Below, in pieces: positions 1-9,711 of a stretch of 64,000 bases of DNA; positions within the stretch are counted from its first letter, which is position 1; each line of letters starts with the position of its first letter. A program made the position numbers and the translations under genes. The notes under the pieces were generated by a model, which was not told where the DNA came from, did no database searches, and was given only the letters and a program-made list of their open reading frames with translations. The DNA is from Isurus oxyrinchus (lineage: Eukaryota). The DNA is taken from the NCBI GenBank assembly GCA_026770705.1, contig JANJGN010000026.1, positions 32,612,001 to 32,676,000 on the forward strand, read 5' to 3'.

Positions 1-1040
1 TGTTCCTTCTTCAGATTACTTTAAACTTGTGCCCTCTGGCTCTCGAACTTTCAACGAATGAGAACTATTTCTCCCTATCTCCCCTATCCAGGTGCTTCAT
101 GATATTTAATACCTCAGTCAAATCTCCTCTAAACTTTAGCTTCTCCGAGGAGCTTAAAGCCAACTTCTTCACTCTTTATACATAACTGGAGTTCCTCTAC
201 TGGAACATTTTCCATGAATCTTTCCTGTGCCCTCTCTTATGCCTTCAAATTCTTCCAAAAGTGTGGTGCCCGGAATTGGATGCAATTCTCCAATTGAGGC
301 CTAAGCAGCGTGTCACACAAGTTTAACCTGCTTGCTTTAATACTCTTTTATCTTACTGATAAAGTCCAGGATGCTGCATGCTATATTAAGCAGGCTCTCA
401 ACTTGTCCTGCCACCTTTTAATAACTTATACAGATCAACATCTGCTCCTGCAGCCCCTTTGGAATCATACTCTTGAATTTATATTGTCTCTCGGTGTTCT
501 TCCGACTAAAATGAATAACTTCTCACCTTCTCTGTGTGAAATTTCAGCTGTCACTTGCCCGCCCATTCCACCAACCTGTCTATGTCGTTTTCAATTTCTA
601 CACTATCCTCCTCATGGCTCACAATGTTTCCACATTTGGCAATGTTTCCACATTTCGCATCGTCCACATATTTTGAAACTGTACCCTGTACACTAAATCT
701 AGTTCATTAATAAATATTATGAAAAACAGGCGTACCAGAACTGATCTCTGGGGAACTTCATTATAATTCTTCCCCTAGACCGATAAACAACCATTCAAAA
801 CTATTCTTTGTTTACTGGCACCCAGCCAGTCCCCTATCCATGATGTTACCGTCCATTTTATTCAAGTGATACCCAACTTTTTTCACAAGTCCGTTGTGGG
901 GCGCTTCATCAAATGTCTTTTGGAAGTCCATGTAAACCACGTCAGCAGCATTATCCTCATCAGCCATCGCTGCTGTGTCATCGAAAAACTCAAGCAAGTT
1001 AGTTAAACATGATTTACCCTTTACCGCTCCATACTGGCTT
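1..1040 (-). mobile_element. CR1-clade LINE reverse transcriptase fragment (degenerate)
   Basis: ORF 812-997(-) LEFFDD...DVVYMDFQKTFDEAPH matches the CR1 RT motif (DVVYLDFQKAFDKVPH); flanks resemble the other CR1 copies in the window. Confidence 0.85.
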
Positions 1041-1322
1041 CGTGTATCCAGAACCCATGTCTATGATGTGGAAAGTCCCGATATTTAAGGTGCAACTATT
1101 GCAGATTAACGTGACTGATCTATGCACTTTAAGATGAGCAAAAGAGCAAAGTGTCTAAATTCATATTTATTAATTCTTGATGATCTTGTCCAACTCAACA
1201 TATGCGACGTGGGAAGTAATTATTGGATCATGGTACAACCTGAAATATGATGGCAGTGATTTCCCCGATACATCAGGTGTTGCAGAACCTCCGAGGTAGC
1301 CAGGTTGGGATGTTAAGTTGAA

Positions 1323-1356
1323 GTGTGTGTGTGTGCGTGTGTGTGTAAATGTGTGT
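1323..1356. repeat. (TG)n microsatellite, imperfect
   Basis: gtgtgtgtgtgtgcgtgtgtgtgtaaatgtgtgt. Confidence 0.9.
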
Positions 1357-1894
1357 ACACGCATCATTTGTTTAAAAATGAAGTGCACAAAAACAAATAA
1401 TTATATTCACGTATTATGTTCCAGATATTATTTTATTCAAAATGTAATTGTTGTTCATTTAGTATCGTTAACATTGACTGAGAAGACATTGAGCGTTCCC
1501 TCACCAGAGAACCCCTCTGTTCCTAGTATTCTGTGGGAAATAGGACCAAATTATTCCAAAGAGAACGAGCAGCTACCCACCAGTCTCTGCGTTTTATTGT
1601 TAAGTGTTTGGCTCAGCATTAAACAGAAGCTCTTGATATAAACATCGAGAGGGTGATAATTTGTGCAAGTGATTGCAAAAATGAAAATGATCTATACTTG
1701 ACCTGAACTTACCCGGTCTTAAAATCCCTCTTTATTATTTCCCTTGCTTGGGAAAGAATGAAACACTTGCTGCTCTCCAAGAAGTTTCACACTATTTCTG
1801 TTGCCATTTTACTCCTTCTTAGCCTGTTGCGTGCATTATTCCACACCAACGTCTTCCAATATCCTTGGGCATGATCTAATATAGCAATGTAGAA

Positions 1895-3625
1895 AGCGGT
1901 GGCGTGGTGGACTAATATTTCAGAGACCCCGGGTATGAGCCGAGTTTGAATCCCACAAGAGCAGATGTTGAAATTTGAGTTCAATAAGTCTAATGATAAC
2001 CATGGCTGAATGCTGTAAAAAAATCTGGTTCACTAATGTCCTTTAGGGAAGGAAATCTGTTGCCGTCACCTGGTCTGGCCTACATGTGACTTAAGACCCA
2101 CAGCTATGTGGGTTAACTCTCAAATGGCCCAGTAAGCCACTCTACTCTGTTGCATCAAAGGAATGAAACTGGATGGAGCACACGGCAAATTTAGGCCTGC
2201 CAGCACTGCACTGCCCTTCGTACTAACATGAGAGCTGTCTCATTGATCAGTCAAGCATAATCATACTATCTTACAGACAATGTCCCAGGCACCACCATCG
2301 CTGGTTATGTCCCGGCAGCAGCCGGGAAGGAGTTGCCCAAGGAGCCCTCAACATGGACTCCAGATCTCATGGCATCAGGTCAAATAGGAGCAAGGAAACC
2401 TCCTGGTGATTACCAAGTACCCCCCTCCCCAACACCTGATGAATCTGTAGTCTTTCATTTTGAACACCACTTGGAGGAAACAGTGAGGGTGGTAAGGGCA
2501 CAGAATGTTATCTGAATGGGGGACTCCAATGTCCATCACCTAAGAGTTGGTTGAGTCATAAAGGCCATGGCTGCTGGACTGGGTCTGGGGCATGTGGTGA
2601 GTGAACAAACAAGAGGGAAAAAGATATTTGACCTCATCCCCTCCAATCTGTTTGCCATCTCCAGATTGAGGGTACCCTCCATCGTGTTGTGTGACACCAC
2701 AATCGTGCAAAATGGCATAGGTTTCGCAAAGATCTTGCAGTTCAATTTTAGACAACAACTAGGCACGGTGGGCCATCAGAAGCAGCAGCACTGTGTTCAA
2801 CCACAACCTGTAACCTCATGGACTGGCATACACCCCACTCTACCATTACCATCAAGCCAGTGGATCAACCATGGTTCAATGAAGAGCGCAGTAAGGCATG
2901 CCAGGAGCAGCACCAGGCATACCTAAAAATGAGGTGTCAGCCTGGTGAAGCTATAACATATGACTGCTTGCGTGCCAAACAGCATAAGCAGTAAGTGATG
3001 GACAGAGCTAAACAATTCCACAACCAACGGATCAGATCTAAGCTCTGTCGTGCTGCCACATCCAGCCATGAATGGTGGTGGACAATTAAACAACTTGCTA
3101 GAGGAAGCGGCGTCTCCAATATCCCCATCCCCTATGAAGAAAGAGTCTAGCAGGTCAGTGCAAAAGATAAGACTGAAACATTTATTGCAATCTTCGGCTT
3201 CCTCCAGAGGTTCCCACAATCACAGATGCCAGTCTTCAGCCAATTCGATTCTCTCCTGGTGATATCAAGAAATGGTTGAAGGCACTGGATATGGCAAAGG
3301 CTATTGGTGCTGACAATATTCCGGCAAAAGTACTGAATATTTGTGCTCCAGAACCTGCCGCACTCAGACCGAATATTTTCCAGTATAGCCACAACACAGG
3401 CATATACCCAGCAACGTGAAAAATGTCCCAGGTATACCTTGCACACAAAAAGCAGGACAAACCCAACCGCCCGAACAGACTATTCTCGATCATCAGTAAA
3501 GATATGGAACGGGTCATCAACAGTGCGACCAAGCAGCACTTGCTTAGCAATGAGTTGCTCACTGACGCCTAGTTTGGGTTCCGCCAGGGCCACTGAGCTC
3601 CTGGCCTCATTAGGTCAACGATGGA
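1895..3625 (+). mobile_element. Degenerate LINE (endonuclease plus start of RT) with a SINE-like 5' head
   Basis: Frameshifted APE-like motifs (~2515 GDSNVHH; ~2610 TRGKKIFDLI) and RT entry (KAIGADNIP ~3300). 1895-2140 matches the SINE copies at 19395, 41045 and 49350. Confidence 0.75.
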
Positions 3626-3898
3626 ATGAGACAGATAGACCCGCCGATGAAGAAAGTACCTGAGCTACCGAGAAAGACAGGGAGAAAGAGAAAGTCAGGG
3701 AAAATAATTGGCCCAGAAGCAATTGGTGCCCAATTGTCATCAGTCTTGAGAGACCAGCCAATCATGTCGCTGGGAAACGCCTTTCAGTTTCTCAATAAGT
3801 GAAGCTTGCCCCGATCCGAATTTCCTCTTTATCTCAGAACAGAGTGTCAACATATTTCTAATCTTATCTTACTTCATCCGAATTCTAATCCTGACACC

Positions 3899-4320
3899 AT
3901 ATGCTCCCAGTGCCCCTTAATGATAATAATGATCTTACTGCATGGTGAGTCAATTTTTAAATGGTCCATGTCTGTTCCATTTGTTATATTCAATTCCAGA
4001 TATTTGATACGTTCTATGTTTTGTTCCAGGAACAAATGGTCAAGATTCAGTGTCCCAGAATCCCCCTGAATTAGCGGCTCTTGAAGGACAAGGCATAAAA
4101 CTGGAATGTATTTATTCGGCAGCTGGTGTAACTCTGTTCTGGTACATCCAGTACCCCGGGGAAGCTCCGAGGTATTTAATGAAGATATATAGCTCGGGGA
4201 ATGCAGAAAATTTCCAGATTTCCCAGATAGATTCTCCGCTGTTTTGCACAATGGGAACAAAACGGTTCCTTTAATTACGGCTGGGGCTTTTCTCTCCGTG
4301 TATTTCTGTGCCATGGAGCC
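3899..4320 (+). pseudogene. TCR alpha/delta-type V segment, family A (pseudogene)
   Basis: Leader 3899-3944 (ATG>ATA) with GTGAGT donor; acceptor ends 4029; QDSVSQNPPEL..LEC..LFWYIQYPGEAP..VYFCAMEP, frameshift near 4210. Confidence 0.9.
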
Positions 4321-4360
4321 CACACTGCTGCAGAGATATAGCGTATCCCGTACAAAAACC
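4321..4360 (+). other. RSS: CACACTG-24-ACAAAAACC (or CACTGCT-22)
   Basis: Directly after YFCAMEP; consensus nonamer at 4352-4360. Confidence 0.85.
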
Positions 4361-4381
4361 CCGCTGGGATTTCCAGTCAGC

Positions 4382-4398
4382 GCTCAGCAGAGGGCGCT
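4382..4398 (+). promoter_or_regulatory. CTCF-binding-like motif downstream of RSS
   Basis: GCTCAGCAGAGGGCGCT versus CTCF core CCASYAGRKGGCGC; repeated at the same offset after other family A/B RSSs. Confidence 0.6.
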
Positions 4399-5448
4399 GT
4401 CACACCGAAAAAACAGAAACAATTCAGCCTGTAACTCTTTCGAGTACAAACACGTTTCCATCTGTTTCAGATGAAGTTACATTGTTTCATAGTTTGCCAT
4501 TGTGAGATTTGAACTTTGATCTTGGGGTTGCAAACCCAGTACCATAACCACTTGGCTATTTAGGCCTGTAGGTGTCACAGGGTCATTAATGAAATATCAA
4601 AACCAATCATAACGCTGAACAAGAACAGCTGAGCAGCAACTGAGGAATTCTATGAGTTGGGATTTTATCATGCATCTATACTAAACATGAATTTCCCAAA
4701 TTAATTTGTGGTGCGTTAATTCACATTTTGCCTTTTGATGATCTTTCCTTGCCTGTCGGAACTATTGCCCCTTTCTCCATCTCCACTGTCCCTTTCGAAG
4801 CCTCTTTGGTCAACGCCGGCACATGTTGTCTATTTGACCAGACTATTTTTCTGGTTCATGGAAGGTAGGTAGAAAATGAACACATTTCACAAGGGAATGA
4901 TTGCGCTCTTTTAAACAAGCCCCAAGCACAGATTTCCCTCAATGTGCATTGTCCTTTCGAGTGTCTGCTTGATATTTTCTTACACCATTCACAACCCGGT
5001 GTTTCTGTTTTTCAATAACCAGACAAGGGGATCCATCCCCACCCCTGTCCCTAATGATATAACATCTCCGTTATAAGGACACAGACAATAGCCCCGCTCG
5101 GGCTAGTTACATTCACTGACAGCCGCTCCCCTCCGCCACCAAACCCCCCGCCCACCCCACCACCTACAGGTCTTAAAGAACCAATGGATAACACAAGGGA
5201 ATGAGGTGAGAGGGTCCCGAGAATAACAACCGATTATTGATGGTTTCTTCTAATCTCAATTTCCCTTTCACAGAGCGGACAGCGACAATGTCGACAAGCA
5301 TCAATTGGGGTGTATGGGGAGTGACCGGGGTATTCCTGACAGGGAACAGCGAAATAAACGCATTTCATCTCATTTTCAAAACATAGTTTCAATCTGAATT
5401 TTAAACACTCTCCTGTATGAGCATTTTCTGTTTGATCATGTGTTTCAG

Positions 5449-5770
5449 GTCTGAGTTATGGAGATCGTTACTCAGATACTGTCCTCAAATGTTAAGACTG
5501 AAGGAGAAGTAACTGGTTTAAGTTTCACTGATGATATTTCACGGAGTGAATGCGTTTTATTCTGGTACCGGCTGATCCCGATCGGGCTGTATTTACAGGG
5601 GCAGTCTTACTCATGTCTGCAGGCAATTGGTGAGACAGACAACAGCAAAAGGACCGTTCAGACAGTCACACCTCTCTCTGAGTTAAGGAAGTGAACTGTG
5701 AAGAGCTCATCAGAAGCAGGGCACAACCGGGGTTTATGCTGGGAAGCAATCTCACTCCCCAGTACTTTGT
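5449..5770 (+). pseudogene. V relic, family G
   Basis: Acceptor tttcag; LSYGD/IVTQILSSNVKTEGE..LFWYR; homologous to 35878-36182(-); RSS decayed. Confidence 0.7.
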
Positions 5771-5796
5771 GCTGTGCTTGGGAGCTCCTGCCTGTT

Positions 5797-6000
5797 GGGG
5801 TTTGTACAGAATGCAGGGCAGGTGCAGCCATAATGTCCAGCGGCGCTGTCAGCAACTCAAACACACACTGAGAGAAAACCACATTCACCTCGGATCAAAC
5901 CGGCAACAACTGTTTCCAGCAGCGGCCAAGAAAACAAACTGCAGAATCCGACCCTACCGAACACATGTCAAATAAATCTACAGGTTAAACCATCTTTCCT
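5797..6000 (-). repeat. Family F V-like relic ending in a 12-spacer RSS-like signal
   Basis: On minus: CACCTGC(5824-5818)-12 bp-ACAAACCCC(5805-5797); homologous to five other copies. Confidence 0.65.
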
Positions 6001-6089
6001 GTTTCTGATCAGCTTTTATTTCCCTTAAACTCCGAGCTCGATATTCAGATCAGCTCCGGGCAAGATGTTTCTGATCCTCAAACCAGACC

Positions 6090-6200
6090 GTCTGACATCA
6101 CACTGACTGCAGGGCGAAGACGTCTCACAGCTGCAGGGTGACGTCACACAGGCTGTGGGTGGAGTCTTACTGGCGGATGCTCTGACGCATGCGTACTCCG
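6090..6200 (+). promoter_or_regulatory. CRE cluster in family C V promoter
   Basis: TGACATCA 6094, perfect TGACGTCA 6139-6146, TGACGCA 6183; about 250 bp upstream of leader ATG. Confidence 0.6.
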
Positions 6201-6396
6201 TTCCCCCACGCCCCATCATGCTGAAGCTCCATCGCAGCTTCAGTTTGTGATCACAAGTCCCAGAGACTCCGGTCTGGCGGACGCAGTGTAACTGGTGTTG
6301 GGCTCAGTTTGATAGGGCACAGCGCTGCCTCCCCCGACAGCGCCTCTTGGCCTGAATCTGTTGAGAGTTACTTTACTGAAGTCGATAGGGTCCGAC

Positions 6397-6897
6397 ATGA
6401 AGCTGAGCCTCACTTTAGTGATCATCTCCCTGGATTTCTTACTTTTCCCTCCGTGTTAGTGTGCTCACTATTCCTGACCAGAATATTTTATACATCCCTT
6501 ATGTTGTTTTACATTGTACTTTACTTTATTGCATATCTTCTATTATCTTGTTCTTATTGTGCTATATTATAGTTTATTGTGCTAGATAATATTGATTTCA
6601 TCTTATTACTCTATATCTACATATTCTTCTCAGACTCCACTGACAGTGAAGAAATGTCACAATCTCCCAAGTCAGTGGTTGCTACCAAAGGAGAAACTGC
6701 ATCGTTCAGCTGTTCCATTAGAGTAGGAGGACAGATCCTACACTGGTACAGGCAACACCCGGACAGAACCGTGCAGCACCTGGCCAGTGTTCGGGACAGG
6801 ATCACAGCTCGTCTGATTGCAGTAGAGAAGAGCAGTTCTCTGAATGTTAGTGACGCTCGAGTGACAGACACCACCACCTATTTCTGTGCGGTTGGGA
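6397..6897 (+). CDS. TCR V segment, family C, intact (leader 6397-6454, V exon 6634-6897), short CDR2
   Basis: MKLSLTLVIISLDFLLFPP|Y-STDSEEMSQSPKSVVATKGETASFSC..LHWYRQ..DTTTYFCAVG; phase-1 GT..AG intron; 23-RSS follows. Confidence 0.85.
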
Positions 6898-6936
6898 CAC
6901 AGTCCAGCAAAGATCAGTAGAGATCGTACAAACACC
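6898..6936 (+). other. 23-RSS: CACAGTC-23-ACAAACACC
   Basis: Spacer counted 6905-6927. Confidence 0.9.
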
Positions 6937-7519
6937 TGCCAGCGAGATGCTGACGGATTGTAATCGGTACAGACATCAGAGTGGACAGTCTCACTCTGGC
7001 TAAACAAAAGCAATAAAGGAGCCTCCACAGTGAGGGTCACAGGGACCTTCCTAAAACACCTAATAACAGCAGCAAAGAAGAAGAGCTGAGGAACACTTGC
7101 GCAATTATATTAGTTGATTTCAACTCGAGTTTGTACCATAATCGATTTTCATAAATCAATTTGATCACTTTCATTTACTTATTGCCTTTTTATGCAGTTT
7201 CAGTGCCTGTCTGTAATATTGAACAACCCTTCCCCATTTATACACAATGAACCCAGCTCACCAGGCAGTGACTGTGATGTCTAAAACAAACTTCAGATCT
7301 CGAGTTCACCCACTGACCATTGAGCTTCAGAATGTTCCTTCAATGCTGGAATATTTTCTGTACCCATTAACAATCCCAAATTTGCTAGTGATAATGAACA
7401 GATCAGGATTGAACTCCACGCCCCCCCACCTCCCCCCCCCCCCACCACGCCCATCTCTAAAAGTGCAGGATTTCCCCTATCTGACTGTAGTCCAGCTCAG
7501 GATTTTTCCATTCAATGTC

Positions 7520-7813
7520 AGTCAGCTCACCACCGAAGGATCTCACGGACCCCTGGAGACACAAAGAAGTGAGATGAAAACTACCTGACACATAGCAGCA
7601 AACTATTAAGGGTGGGGATTGGAATGGGTATCTTCAAATCTGATTCTGTCAGTCGGATTGGATTCTGCAGTTTATTCTCTCGGTCGCTCCTGGAAACAGT
7701 TGGGTGACAGTTTGATTTGAGGTTAAAGTGGTTTCCTCTCGGTGTGTGTTTGAGCGGTTGACAGCACCGCTGGACATTCTGGCTGCACCTGCCCGAAATT
7801 CGATGCAAACCTC
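7520..7813 (+). repeat. Family F V-like relic with 12-spacer RSS-like end
   Basis: CACCTGC 7786-7792, 12 bp, GCAAACCTC 7805-7813. Confidence 0.65.
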
Positions 7814-7849
7814 AACCGACAAGGATTCCCAGAATGGAGTGAATAGAGT

Positions 7850-8100
7850 TTCACTAGGAAGGAAATACATATTGAGAAGTAAGATAATGATGATGAGCGG
7901 ACTGAGGGTGTTCCGCAGGATGGTCCTCCTCTGCATTGCTGCAGTCCGGGAAAACCTCTGTCAGAGCAGAAATACTGAGCCCGGCCCCACTGAACTGCCG
8001 GCCCAAACAATGCCAACTAGAACACAGGCAGCATTCGGTCCAATAATAAGGCGGGTCAGAGAGGCGACAGCAAACGGAAGCTGTGGGCGGGGCTACATCA
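7850..8100 (-). pseudogene. Orphan family B promoter and leader exon (no V exon)
   Basis: RNTLSPLIIIILLL leader homologous to 57555-57600, donor mutated; CGGAAGCTGTGGGCGGGG at 8075-8092. Confidence 0.65.
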
Positions 8101-8762
8101 GGAAGTCTTGTCACACATGGAATCCATTTGTAAGCAGCTGAAGTCAATAGTATTGTCCCCTTCGAAAATGACATAACTCTGCCTCTCTATAACAGCTGCG
8201 GCACTTTCATATTCATTCCATATTGGGGGAGAGCAGGGTGAGCACCGGCAAGTCAGAATTAGTAAATTATTCAATAATAAAGGGAATTATCATTAGCGAC
8301 TTGGGATAAAACGAGGGTTGTATCTATGGGCAGCTGGATTAGTCTGTGTTAATGTTCAACAAGTATCAATGGTCTGAAACGGTTAAACTAAAGACAGGAA
8401 GAAGGGAATGTCTGAAATTATTCGTAACGGGTGGAGACAGAGGCTGAGAGAGAACAAGTCAGCAGGGAAACGCATCCAAGGAAAAGAAAGATGAGTTAAA
8501 GCACCATATATCGATTCGTAGTGTTCATTTTTCTTAGGTGTGAGAGTTGAAAACGCACATTGATATTACTGCTGAAGCGATCATTGTCAGTTCTTGTAAG
8601 GGGTTGTGTTTTGGTGCAATTTTAGGACGGTCTCTGTGCCTCCCACTGTGGAGGCATGATTATTGTTTCTATTTATGGGTGTGAGAGCGCCCTCTGCTGA
8701 GCACTAACTGGAACTCTCAGTGTGGGGTTTTTGAACGGGGTCCACGTCTCTGCAACAGTATG

Positions 8763-9256
8763 GGCTCTCTGGCGCAGAAATATACCGCGCTGTCAGAGAT
8801 CAGGGCATTGCAGATCATTAGCTCGGTAATCTTGGCTGTTTTATTTAACATAGCTGAAAAGCGATCGGTCATGTCGGTGTGTCTGTATTGTTTCCCTCCC
8901 CGAATGTGAAGCATGTACTGTGGAGGCTGCCCGCGGCACTGACTGTACCAGTACACATAAGGGTTAGAATCGCTTGTTTTCAAGGTGCAAGTTAGTGTGA
9001 CATTACTTTAATCTTCCGCCGTTATTTCAGCAACCGGTTGTTCCGCTGTCTCTGGGTGGCTCCATTCTAACATAAAACAATAGCAATAACAACAATCAGC
9101 ATCAGCCTCATATAAGTAAACATAATCGTCATCAACATCACCATTTTCTTACTAAAAACAACATCTTGGTTACAGCATCAGGAAGAGAATGGAGTTTTAC
9201 TGGGAAGGAAATACTTACTGAGAAGTGATGAGGAGCGGAGCGAGACGGTTCCCCAT
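8763..9256 (-). pseudogene. TCR V segment, family B (pseudogene)
   Basis: TLTCTLKTSDSNPYVYWYSQ..SDSAVYFCAREP; TAA stop in FR1, frameshifted leader; RSS CATACTG-21-TCAAAAACC (8726-8762); CTCF-like motif 8686-8702. Confidence 0.9.
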
Positions 9257-9711
9257 GGAACTTCCTGAGTCTGCAACTTTGCAATGCAGGAAATTCTCTG
9301 CCGGAGCAGAAATACAGATCCCTGTCCCACTGCACTGCTGACCCAACCAATGGCAGGGATGGACCAGCGGCAGCAATCACTCCAATGCACAATCGGATCA
9401 GAGCAACAGCAGAAAACGGAAACTGTGGGCGCAGACTGAATATTGAATGAAGTGTGCAGTGACTCTCAGCTGCACCTGGTACTGCTGGAGCGGAAATAGC
9501 GACGGTTGAATTTGCAGAATTCTCTAACTATCCTGCACCTGCTCACTGTTCAACTGACTGAAACCAAATAAGGTGTTTAGAATCTTAGAAGAAGGACTGA
9601 GTCACGTCTAGACTTCATGGAAAGAGTCACACAATTCATCTTTCGTCTCCGCATTTTCCACATAGCCGGATATTCTGCAGTGGTTCCAGCTCTGAACAAA
9701 TGGCAGTGAAA

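Noticed and set aside
6634-6897. NAR-TCR or IgNAR V assignment
   Set aside because: Only the length resembles VNAR; the motifs are TCR-like, and no D/J cluster or leaderless supporting V follows
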